From the NCBI RefSeq assembly GCF_009914755.1, contig NC_060926.1: a stretch of 64,000 nucleotides of DNA. One strand, written 5' to 3'. Of this stretch, positions 25,596 to 38,366 are shown piece after piece. The notes beneath the pieces are model-generated. The model saw nothing but the letters and a program-made list of their open reading frames with translations, was not told the DNA's origin and did not search any database. This DNA comes from the human T2T-CHM13v2.0 reference genome, Homo sapiens. A program made the translations under genes and the position numbers. The first letter of the stretch is position 1; every line of letters starts with the position of its first letter.

Positions 25596-26019
25596 ATGGT
25601 TCTGGCACATTGCCATTACACTTTGCAGCACAGGGACAGTTCTGGCAGAAGCCAAGGTGTCTGAAATCAGAGCTATTGCAAGGAGCCACAACAAGTAGCT
25701 GGGTTTTGCTGCAGGCTAAAGGGAGTGAAGGGGGAGTGGGAGCAGATGAGCCCACCTCTGCCTCATGGGTTTCTTAAATCTCTAAACTGCTCATTCACTC
25801 CAACACCTATTCCACATTTGTTGACAGCTTTATGGCCAAGAAAATCCAGGATACTGAACACAGGGACTTGTTAAGCTCCACCCTGCAGGTCTGCCGGGGC
25901 ACCCAGAAGCTGGCACCCAGGCTACTCAACAGCCTGGAGGCTGACACCAAGCTCCGAGTTCTCCTGCCTGGAAGGTGTAGAAGACCGAAAAATATTAAAA
26001 AAAAAAAAAAAAAAAAAGT

Positions 26020-27520
26020 TCTGCGTTAGTGCAAACAGATCCGTATATCAGCAGAGAGTTATCAAGGTTAATGAGAAAAATTATCTCATCGGAACAACCC
26101 CCAGTTGGAGGCACCGGCGCCGAGCTGCAGCCTCTCTAATCTGGGAGAGCTGGGTCTCCCGTGCAAAGCGATCCATCAAAGTCACTTGCTGGCCTTCCCG
26201 CCTTCCCCAGGAACATGGCCCCCTTCCTCTGGCTGGGAAGGAAAGCAGGCAGCAGTGAGGGGAAGGGTCCCTGCAGTGGGCAGCAGAGCACAAGGGGACA
26301 CCAGGTACACAGAGAAGCAGAAAAGGAAACAGGGGCCGTGCCCCAAACCTCCTGGCTGTGAAGAAGCCAAGAACTGAGGATGCCCAAGCAGGTGCCAGAG
26401 GAAGGAGAAAAATGTGTGCCTTACACACACACACCCGCACTCTACAGCACACCACACATACACACAACATGGGCATATACTGTACACTCACCCACCCACC
26501 TGTGCGCACACACACACACCCGCACTCTACAGCACACCACACATACACACAACATGGGCATATACTGTACACTCACCCACCCACCTGTGCACACACACAC
26601 ACACACACACTCTATAGCACACCACACATACACACAACATGGGTATATACTGTACACTCACCCACCTACCTGCGCGCACACACACACACTCTATAGCACA
26701 CCACCCATATACACAACATGGGTATATACTGTACACCCACACAAAGGTGCACACAGTACACACATATGCACACACAGTCATGCTCTGCGTCCTGCTGTCA
26801 TTTGTTTTTAATCTCTCGTCCTTTACGGAAAATAACTCTTTAGCCAGACACATTTTCATAAACACTTGTCCTTATGGTTCCTTTAGCAAGAGCATGGAAT
26901 CTCCACCTGCTGCCCATCCTGCGGGAAGAGATTTTTTTTGTTTGGTGGTGTTGGTTTAGTTTTGCTTTGTTCTGGGGAAGGCAGGAGGCAATAAACAAGT
27001 AGAGGGGAAGTCACAGCTTTTGCAGAACCATCCAACATGCGGCACAGTGTGCCAGACCCGGGGCTGTTCAAGGTTCCCACCTCCCTCATCGCCCACCTAG
27101 GTTCGCGTCCTTGCATTACCTCCTTCTGGGAACTGCAAGCCTATCACCGGCAGGGGCCATGCCCCCGACCCCGACCCCGACCCCTTCTAGCCATGCCTCC
27201 CAGATTCCAAGCCTCTTCCACTCATTCTCAAGCCCCACCTCCTGGAGGAAGCTTTTAGCCTTCAATGATCTTCCCCCACTGGGGCGTCCTGTATTTAAGT
27301 TAGAGTAACTTCACGACTCTCCAGTAAAACACAGTTTAGCCAGTGATTTATATTGACTTAGATTCTCACTAGATTTCAAGCACGTCAGTCTTGACGTGTT
27401 GAGCCAGTTTGTAAGCGACTGCAGGGCGTAATCAGCTTTCCAACGCATTCTGGCATGCTCCTTCAATTCCTGGTGGAATGGGGAGGCAGGTTGGGATTCT
27501 AATCCTAAAGCACGGCCAAT
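26020..27520. promoter_or_regulatory. CpG-retaining, GC-richer island; candidate promoter/enhancer
   Basis: CpG density clearly above the flanks in non-Alu DNA (caccggcgccgag, ttcgcgtcc, ccgaccccgaccccga); CCAAT at 27516, CRE-like pair at 27381-27398, TATA-like tatttaa at 27292. Confidence 0.55.
26423..26775. repeat. Minisatellite, ~4 units (periods 85, 85, 79 bp) with embedded (CA)n
   Basis: Anchor aacatggg(c/t)atatactgtacac at 26466, 26551, 26636 and 26715. Confidence 0.95.
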
Positions 27521-27528
27521 AGATTTTA

Positions 27529-27575
27529 TTATACATACATACATATGTATATATATACATACATACATACATACA
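27529..27575. repeat. (TACA)n/(TA)n microsatellite
   Basis: atacatacatacatatgtatatatatacatacatacatacataca. Confidence 0.9.
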
Positions 27576-27877
27576 GCGGCTTCATTTAAGAAGCTACCTG
27601 TTTTTCTAAATATTCTGTTTCCAAGCATTTGCTAAGAACTTTTGAAGATGGTTTAGACTTACAAATTGTTCTGCAAGCACAGAATATAGTTGTCGTAATC
27701 TTCAGTGGTGAAGCCATTAGGAATGGGAGACAGAAGAAAAGTCTAGAAGGGATGATCCTTATACCTGAAGCTGAGAGATAAACATTCTCTTCAAAGTTTC
27801 TAGGTGACTTGGTAAAATTAAACAACTCCTAGAATTCCTAGGCAAATTAGCTGTCCAGTATGATCAAAGCATAGTGC

Positions 27878-28188
27878 AATTCATCCATTCTTCAGGTATT
27901 TATGGATTGCTTGTTATCTATGTTTTGGACTCTAGGCACTGGACATATAACGCTGAACAAGATAATTATGGGACTTGAACTCTAGAATTGCAAATGCTGA
28001 TCAACACTATGAAGGGACTGCAGCATTGAGATGACAAGGGGGAGGTAAGTGGGGAATGGGGAAGGTGTGGTGAGAATTGATTTAGACAGAGTGACTGAAG
28101 AAGGTGAGGACATTCAAATTAAGACCTAAAGAACAAGAAGCAGGCTGACCTCAGAGAGTAGAGAAAGGCAGTTTGTCAAGTGGAAGAG
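27878..28188 (-). mobile_element. L2 3' fragment
   Basis: attcatccattc...ctaggcactggacatataacgctgaacaagata...gacattcaaattaagacctaaag. Confidence 0.65.
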
Positions 28189-28744
28189 TTGTTTTATTCA
28201 GATCTGTAGCCACTTGTTATTTAGGGCAGCTGCCCAAACAATGAGAATCCTGGGTCATGATTATAACAGCGAACTAGCATTTTTTGTTCATCTACAAAAT
28301 GCCATCCTTAGAATATCACTCCAGGCAAGCTTATCACAAATGAGGAAATGGAGACTCCTAGAGGTAAAGGGAGGGAGTGTAGATTCAGCCTGGGCCTAAA
28401 GGCCTCTAGATGTGTGTTTCTTGCTCCTTGCTAATCATACATAGGTAAGTGAGCATGGCTCAGGGCCACCTAACTCCAGACTCTGAAAAACTGTTCAATG
28501 GGTATGTCTTACTGATGCCATGTCTGCAAATCAGATCTTAAACACATCACAACTATTCTACTTGTAAAAATCAGAGATATACATAAAGTAACTTTAGGAG
28601 TAGGAAAGGGTCAAAGAATTAAGCAAATAATCCAAGAAGTCCAGAATGGCTGCCTTGGAGCTTACTGCTATGTATCATGTATTAATGTTTACTGGAACCT
28701 GTCTTGATAGACAATAGACAGTCATTACTGGTTCTTGTCTTTTC

Positions 28745-29340
28745 TTCCTTCATTCCACAGACATTTTTTGAGAACATGTTATATGCCAGACACCATGGTA
28801 GGAGCTCAGGATACAGATAAATACCATGTTGACATCCTAGAATTTACCAATATTATTTTGTTGAACAGAGGAGACACATAAGAAAGGGTGAGATAGAAGT
28901 CACCGAAGGATTCTGTAGGGCATCCAGTGCAGCCTGGGAGGAGGAAGTGTTAGAGAGAGTGTCAGTGAAGGCTCCTTGGAGCAGGTGATGTCTGAGCTGA
29001 ATCTCTGAAGCATCAGTACGAATTAGTTAGGTGAAAGCTAGAGGTGATGAGGATAGTCCAGAAAGAAATAGCACTGAACATCATGGCAATTGCTAGGTGG
29101 CCAATACGACTGCCCCTACAGTGTGGGGCATGAGGATAAACACAACAGCTGCAGTTTCAAACCTAACCAAAGACCAGGCCATGAAAAGCTTTCTGTCCTG
29201 CCGTAACAAGTTTGAGCTGTACTGAGGACTAAGGAAAATCACTGCAACTAGATAAGCATTGTTTTTACAGTACTCCCTCTGACAACTGTGTGAAGAATGA
29301 ATTCGAGGGAGGCCAGGTTAGAGGCAGGATGGGGATGAGG
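28745..29340 (-). mobile_element. L2 (L2c-like) 3' part
   Basis: ttcattccacagacattttttgagaacatgttatatgccagacacc; ggagcaggtgatgtctgagctgaatct. Confidence 0.75.
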
Positions 29341-29529
29341 TGCCTGCTGTGTGCCAGGCACTGTCCTAGCTACAGAACTCTCAATATGAACAAGACCAAG
29401 ATGGAGTGAACCAGGTACTTGGAGAGATAAAGTTTCCCTGACAGATCACCTTTGATCTGCATGACCAGGAATGGGCTCTCTGTGCTGCCCAGCAATCAGG
29501 CTGCATGGCCATTCACTCCTCCACCTTCC

Positions 29530-31441
29530 AGATATTTATCACCCCTCTTCTTCCCTCAAACTGCCTCTTCCTCCCCAACCTCATACTTAGTGGTTGACCT
29601 TGCTTCCTACTTTACTGAGGAAATGGAAGCAACCAGAGGGAACCTCCACAGACCCTCAACACCACATCTACCACTTTCAGAGCCTGCATGTCCTGGACCC
29701 CCTACCAGACATCAGCAGTGAGCTTCCTGTGCACCTGCTAAAAGCATCTCTCCACGTGGGCACTAGATGCCATTCCCTCTCGCCTGCTCCAAGCAATTCT
29801 CCCTGCCTCTTGCAAGACATTTTTCTTTTCCCATGGATTATTCCCATCAGCATACACATATGCTCTCATTCTTCCCATCCTAAAAATCTTTCTCTTGACT
29901 CGTTTTTCCCACCAGCTACTGTCATGTTTTTCTGTTCTCTTTGTTGGACATCTCACAAGAGTTGTCCATACTCACTGCCCCAATTTTTCTTCTCCCATTT
30001 ATTTTTGTAAACCTACTTTCATCATGCTTTAGGCCCCTCTGTTCCACAGAAGTTATTCATCTAAATCCAACGGACAATTCTTAGTCCTCATGTTAAGTGA
30101 CCTATTTATTATCAACATAATACAGTTGCATAAATCCTCTTCTTAAATATCTTTGCTTGATCTTGGTTCCAAGGCACATATTTTCTTTAGCTATGTTTGC
30201 TTTATCTATCTATGCTTTTCTCTATCTCACTGGTCATTTCTTTTTCTGTTTTTGAGAGAATTTCAGATTTTTTCCACGACTCTCTATGTTAGAAAGCCTT
30301 AGGGTACCACTCTTGATTCTCTTCTCTCTCTACAGTTGTAACATCTATATGTCAACACCTCAAATATGTATGGGTATATATATATATACACACACACATA
30401 TATATATGAATAAAAATCTCACCCATTCCTTCAAATTCCAGCCTCACATATGCAACTGCTTCCTTAATGCCGCCTCCGCTAGAACATCTAATAGAAACCT
30501 CAAACTTCACATGTCCAAAACTGAACTCCTGGTCTTACCTTACAAAACCTGCTCTATTGGCAGCCTTGTCCATCTCCAGGGATAGCAACTTCACTGCTTC
30601 TAGTTGTTCAGACCAAAACTCTTGGGGACTACCTTAGCTTACCTCTGTCTTATATGCCCCACATTCAATCCTTAAGCAAATCTTATTCTACTGTCATGAG
30701 GTAGCTAAACTTCTTCTACTTCTGGCCGCCTTCACTGCTGCTACTTGACCAGAGAGCCATCATCACCTATTTCAAAAACCTCCTGACAGGTCTCTCTGCT
30801 TTCATTCTTACTCCCTAAAAATCTGTACTCAGTAATAGAACAATCCTCTTGAAACATGAATATCACTCTTTGCTTAAAAAAAAAATCCTCAGTAACAGCA
30901 AAGGTACCTGAAATACCTACCTTGCCTTTCCCTTCACCTTTTAAACCTCAATCTACTTTCTCTCCTTTGCTCACTCTGCTTCTGCCATTCTGGCCTTCTT
31001 ACTGGTTGGTGGGTCTTCAAACTCTTCAGGTATACTTTCTCCTTAGGTTCTTTCTATTGAGCATTTCTGTTTTTCTTCCAAATTTCTCCTCTCTATATTC
31101 CCCCACCTCATATAAGTCTTTGCCCAAATGTCACCTTTTTTTGGAAAGGCCTAGTTTGAGCATCCTATCTTAAATGGTAACCCCTGACCCCACCAACTGT
31201 CGTGGTGCTCCTTACCCTGTTCTATTCCATAGCACTTGCCACATTTTAATTTACAATATAATAAGGTATTCGCTTATTATATTTTATGTTTGTTATTGCT
31301 CTCTGCCAACGAGTATATAGGCTCCTCAAGAGGAGAGAGTAGAGATCCTCAAGAACACATTTGGTTCCCCTGTGTGTCTCATCTACCTAAAACAGAGTCT
31401 GCCTACAACAGCATTTAATGAATATTTGCTGACTGAACGAA
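29530..31441 (+). mobile_element. L2a, ~1.9 kb
   Basis: gaccttgcttcctactttactgaggaaatggaagcaa; cctcaaacttcacatgtccaaaactgaactcc; ends aatatttgctgactgaacgaa; short (TA)/(CA) run at ~30375-30408. Confidence 0.85.
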
Positions 31442-31449
31442 TTTCAGGT

Positions 31450-31900
31450 AACAAGTCTTAAGAAGAAACTGAAGAACGTGGGCCAAATACAGGACAGTGT
31501 CAATGCAGAAAAGGGACAAGATATAAGAAATTTAAAAAGGTAAAAAAGGTAAAATTAAAATACCTCTTTGAGTGGATTCAGTGACAGAAGACAGGAGTAA
31601 AGGGTCATTCCTGGGAAGTGTGTCTGCTTAAGCCTAGATAAGCAGGCAGGTAACACAGTTTAAGGAAGATGTGGGGAAAACAGCTTAGATGAGATCAAGA
31701 ACTTCTTCTACATCAGTGTTTGGGGTGCAGCAAGGATGGGAGGCTGCAAAGATAATTTGGTAAGTGTTAAGACCAGAGTGGCTAGGAAAAAAAAAAAAAA
31801 CTTTAAGGAGACCCTTAGGAAGGCATCTGTTTTCTGTGACAAAGGAAGAAATGCATTGAAAGGCAATCATTGGGTGTGAAGCAGAATGCTGAGCAGAGAG
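31450..31900 (-). mobile_element. L2 fragment, probably the continuation of the 28745-29340 element
   Basis: Purine-rich degenerate antisense L2 (aagggacaagatataagaaatttaaaaagg; ggagtaaagggtcattcc). Confidence 0.45.
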
Positions 31901-33089
31901 AGGTCTTGAGGAAATTAATGTAGGCATGGGGAAAGATAAGATGCTGATGGGAAAGTTCAGGCTTATGTACAGCGTCAGGCGCTCAGCAGAGGATGAAGGT
32001 CCTGTATTAGTGATAATTCCTGGGGCGCCTTTCAATGGCAGGCTGGGAGAGAAGCAGAGAAAGCAAATAGCTGAGCTCTTCCAGCATCAGATTTCTGTAA
32101 GGAGAGGACTTCAGAAGGCTAAGGGGCAAAAGAGGTGAAAAGGAGTGGGATGTTTGAATGTGGGTCATGATATATTGGTTGAATAGGAAAGAACTGATCC
32201 TAAACTTTCTAAATTTATTTTTCCTCTTCTTCTTGTAGTCAGTTAAACTTTAGCATACAAAAAGCAGTTAGCAAAATACAACAAAGGCACAACAGGGAGC
32301 CTGGCTTATTTTTTCTGTAGGTATTCAAATTTACCTATCTCAAAATACATAACTAAAAAGCACTTTAGATGTTTTCTTAACACTGAACTGTGAATAGTTA
32401 TAAAACATCATAAATATTCGTTTACATTGCAATCTGCTCACAGAAAAGAGATGAATTTAGTTGCAATAAAATTAAATCGACCAAGCATTGAAATCTAATG
32501 GGAATCTTTTGTTCATTTATGTTGCATTGCTAAGGATTCAGGCTCATATTTATTCTTTAACAATAAATATTTCACTTTTTCTTAAATTTATGATCAGTTG
32601 AGTTGCATTTATTATTAGCCTCACATGACTGATAAGACTCTGGACAGTATTGTTTATTTGCCTTTTATTGTTAAACTTTCTATTGTTAATTTTTATAACT
32701 TGTACAAAGTGTGGAACAATTTTTGATATTTTTGATTTATATGGGGTGTCAATCTTCTGGAACTGTTTCTGAGTTTCTCATTCCATTAAATATAAGGTAG
32801 TATGATAAAGGAAAAACTAGGATTCTAAAAGAGCTTCACAGCAACTATACCTGAACTTTCTTAAAATGTTAGTTAAAACAAAAGTGCTATTGGCAAAAGC
32901 TAGTCAGCCTCCCTCCCTATCTAATGAATGGAATAACTCAAGGAACAGATGTATTTTTGTATCACATAGTTATCATATAAATCTGCTTTATATCATGATC
33001 TTGCTCTAGTTGATGCTATGGTATTCCTCACCATTCTGTCCACATAAATACTACTTATTTGAGCAACTGGTCAGTTTAAGTTCCACTTC

Positions 33090-33635
33090 CTCTGATTGCC
33101 TTCCAGTAGAATATACACCAATCACATATTATGAGCTATTCTAGACCCCACAGCTCAGAATGATCTGAACTCAGCATTCTTCAATTTCTTCTCACACTAT
33201 TCTCTCCCTTAGACACCATGATCCAGTCTCACTGGCTTTCTTATTAGCTCTTTTCTGCCTCAGGGCCTTTCTTACATGCTCTCTCCTTTGATAGAAACCC
33301 TCCTTCTCAGATCTTCCCATGGCTGCCTTCTCATCATTTAAAACTCTGCTCAAGTGTCACCTCCTCCTGGAAGTCTTCCCTGACTACTCTAATAAAGCTC
33401 CTGTTCCTGTCACTCCACAAATGCTGATTCTCTAACAAGCCACTCTGTTTTCTTCTTGGCACTTATCAAGTCTGGAAATTATATTGTTTATTTTTGTATT
33501 TGCTTTTGGTCTATCTTCTTTCATCCTTAGTGTTATATTCCAAAAGAAGTAAAACATCTCATTCTTCTTCACCAGAGTATTCGTGTGCCCAGACAAGACC
33601 CTACCACATATTAGCTACTCCAAAAATACATTACC
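33090..33635 (+). mobile_element. L2b-like 3' part
   Basis: ctgcctcagggcctttcttacatgct; ctcaagtgtcacctcctcctggaagtcttccctgactac. Confidence 0.8.
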
Positions 33636-33929
33636 TTATATTTAATGGTACAAGGAACTCAGGAACAGTTCCAGAAAATTGACATACCCTGTAATTATTT
33701 TATGTAGCTCTTTGTCCATGGCACTAAACTTAAGGAAAAAGTTGGGGGCCAGGATGAGAAAACATCAGCTTTGAATCTATTTCTTTATCAACTCAAGAAG
33801 ACAAGTAGGTAATGCTTCCATTTCCTACCAAATAAGGATTAAATGAGTGATGAACGAGGAAGTGCCCTGAATATACAAACTGTGATTTAATATGATCATT
33901 TGGTGGGTAAACTCTTATTATGCCTTGCT

Positions 33930-35100
33930 ATCTCATGTTGTATCATGTTTTATTTCTATATGAGACTTTATGAGAACTTTTGCATATTATCAAATATTCT
34001 TTGCAAACATAATTTAGTGACTACATAAAATCCTTTTAAATGTATGGATGCATAATTTTAAATCTTCCATAATATAATAAATTGATCATTTATCTGATTA
34101 TTGTTTCAGGATGGGTCTCCAAAAATTAATACATAAAAAGATAAATTCTATGCTACTCTGAATAAAATGACAGACTGGTAACATCTTCCCATTACTGCAT
34201 GAGAAATTTTTTTCCCTTAGCACTCTTAAGGGTGGGAAATAATTTTCTATAGTTGTTTAATGTGCATTTCTTGGATTATAAATGAAACTGAGCATTTTTA
34301 TGTATTTATTGAATATTTGTATTTCTTTTTCAAAGAATTGCTTGCTGTGACATTTTAACCATTTTTCTCTTGGGTTTAAGGACTTTTTTCATTTAATCAA
34401 TTTGCGTGAGCATATTATAGATTGATAGCTTCTATTATTTGTCATGAATGTTTCAAATACTTTCCTAATGCACATTTATCTTTAAATGTTATATATGACA
34501 CAGAATTTTCCATTTTTAAGCTTATTTATTGATGACTTTTCTGGCTGTGATTCTCTTTGTTGCTGTTATGCTTAGACAGTCCTTCCTAATTTTTAGATCA
34601 AATAATTATTGATATTCTTTTTTCCCCCCAGTTCTGATAGGATTTCATTAACTTCTAATTTGCCTGAATGTTTTTCAGTAGGTAAAGGGGAAATTTTACT
34701 TGTTCCCCACTCCTATATCTAACTAAAACATTGTATGCTCATGTTTGCTTTCATCCTCCATGTACTAAATATTCCATAGGCAGTGCTGCTTGTTCTATTC
34801 TGATTTACTGGTTGAATCTAGCACCAACACCATTCTGTTTAAGATTATTAGATAAATTACTACATGGTTTGTCATCAAAGTGAGATCTCCATTTTTAAGT
34901 GAGCTCTTTTTCTTTTTAAAAACTGTATTGGCTATCTCTATATGTTTACTCGTTCAGAGGAAATTTAGACTATTTAAGTTATAACAGGTTAACAATTTTT
35001 TATTGAAATTATATGAAACCTACAAGTTTATTTGGTAGAATTTTATACTTTTATAATTTCAGTCTTCGGTTACAAGTCAAGAACCTATGTTTCTCTATTT
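33930..35100 (-). mobile_element. Very old L1M fragment
   Basis: gttgtttaatgtgcatttcttggattataaatgaaactgagcatttt...gaatatttgtatttcttttt; ctgttatgcttagacagtccttc. Confidence 0.6.
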
Positions 35101-36149
35101 ATTTCAAAAAATAAATAGAGAAAAATGCACACTATTATTATCATCTAGAATCAGATCATTAAATATTTTAATATGTAAAGTATCAAGCAGCAGTCATTCT
35201 GTTGATTTAAGGTATGGTATATTGAAAAATCCATTGTAAAAATGCACACAATTATTATCTAATATTGTATCATTAAGTATTTTAGTAGGTAAAGGATCAA
35301 AGAATTGATAATGAGTGAGCAAGATCAGACCAATAATAATGCAGGTGTGTTAGAGGACAAGGCCAGTCCTAATATCCCTGTGCTAACCATGGTTCTGAGG
35401 TGATGTGGATCTAAAACCAATGCATTAAGCAAATAGTTGTGAGAAATAGAGGCTCGGGCCCCAGTCAAAACCAGAAATATAGTCGTTAGTCACTGAACAG
35501 AAGTGTTGAGCAGAAGCATTAGCTGATAAAAAATGAAAGACTCAATACAAGATATTATGGCAATTTCAAAAGAATTCAAGACAGAGAAAGAAGGTAATAA
35601 GGTGGCATAGAAGTTAAGCTACCAGTCAAAAAGTTTTTTAAAAAGGAAGTACCATAATGGAAATAACAAAATAGTCCCAGAAAGGAGGACACTACTTGCA
35701 GTCCTTGGAATCCTAGCCAAACATCATGAACTATTCTATTCACTAATTCCAGGCTCAAAGATTAGCCTTTGGCTGCCTAAGTCACCCTCTTCCTCTCATC
35801 ATTCTGAATACAGTGAAAGCAGAGCAGGATGGTGATTAGGGCTATGGTCCTGGATAGTCAGTGAATACTGTGAAGATACTGTGAATCTTGTCCTAAGCAC
35901 CAAGAGAGAGAAGGGAGTGGCCAAAAAACAAGTTTGAGAGAGTCTGCCTATCACAGATTTCATGCAGCTTACAAATTTGTGAATGGTGTTTGAGTGAAAT
36001 GAGAGATAGGACAATTTGAAAAATTGGCCTTTGTACCGTATAACATTCTATTAAAACACTTCACATTTAAATTGTGTGTTATAATCACAGAGTGTTTCCA
36101 AAACCACAAAACCATGATATCCTAAATCCCCTGCAGAATTCTGAGGGTT

Positions 36150-36290
36150 AGCCTAGGAAGTAATAATTAATTCCACTTTCTCATTAACAAAAACAAGGCA
36201 GTAAGAGGTTTAATGACTTATCCAAAGGAGCAAAGCTAGTGAGGTGAAGAGATCCTGAATCCAGTTTTCTGCACAGTACATCTAATTCCA
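36150..36290 (-). mobile_element. MIR SINE
   Basis: gaggtttaatgacttatccaaaggagcaaagctagt. Confidence 0.6.
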
Positions 36291-36332
36291 TCTCCACAGT
36301 GTTTCCATTTCTGTTGCTTTTTTCAGCCAAAA

Positions 36333-36501
36333 CCATGTTTCTCAAACTTGTCTACACCTTGAAATCACCTAGAGAGTTTTAATGCTGATGCCCCGGTTCT
36401 ACTCCTAGAGACTCAGATTTAATTGGCATGACATGCAACCTAGATTGGATTTTCTGAAAGCTGCAAGATGATTCTAATGGAGCAAAGTTTGACAACCACA
36501 G
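36333..36501. mobile_element. MER5A1/MER5B hAT MITE
   Basis: tttctcaaacttg...aatcacctagagagtttt...gattctaatggagcaaagtttgacaaccacag with matching inverted termini. Confidence 0.75.
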
Positions 36502-37224
36502 TCACCAAACAAATGCTTCCTTCACAAAGGTAACTGAGGATTTAGTAATTCCCATATCAACCAACATATGCCATTCCAAATCAACTGGTGGGGTTGGCAG
36601 GGGTGGGTGATCTGACTTAGAGAGATAACTCTGTTAAGCAAGTATAGGATTAATAAGAGTTAACTGGTAGGTAAAAGCAGATTTATGGAGATTGAGTATT
36701 CAGAGTAAGAGTCAGGGTAAAAGAGCTAAAAAAAATGAAGAGGTAAACCGGGAGTGGAAATAAAGGTTGGCATGTGGATGCATGGTGAGCAGATAGGGCA
36801 TGGTACTACCTGCAGAAGGGCATTTATGTAAACTTGCATGTGCCCTCAAAGCCAGTCAGGTTAAGTGAACCAACTGTGCATGGATAGCAAGGACAGAACC
36901 AGAGAAAAATGTCCAAAGCATTGGTGAGAGGTCTTCAGCCAAAGGCAGAACTGGCATTTTCAGGTCCTCACATACAGAGTGAACATTGAACTCTCTGCAA
37001 CAGGGAGCCTTCTGCCCTTCTCCCCACCCCCAGCTCTTCTCACTTTTAAAGTGAATCAATATCAGAGAAGTCAGATATTTGAATGAATGCATTCAGAAAG
37101 GCACTTTTTAGTACTAGATTGGAGCTCGAAATACTCTTTTGCCCACATTTAAAAAAGAATAATATAAACACAGTGCTAGAGAAATAAATGTTGAAATAGC
37201 CTTATAGAAGTATGTCTTAGTTTG

Positions 37225-38366
<1,142 letters not shown>

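Noticed and set aside
26081-26959. Many overlapping 66-163 aa His/Thr- or Cys/Val-rich ORFs
   Set aside because: They are stop-poor translations of the (CA)-rich VNTR in several frames on both strands, with no protein family resemblance.
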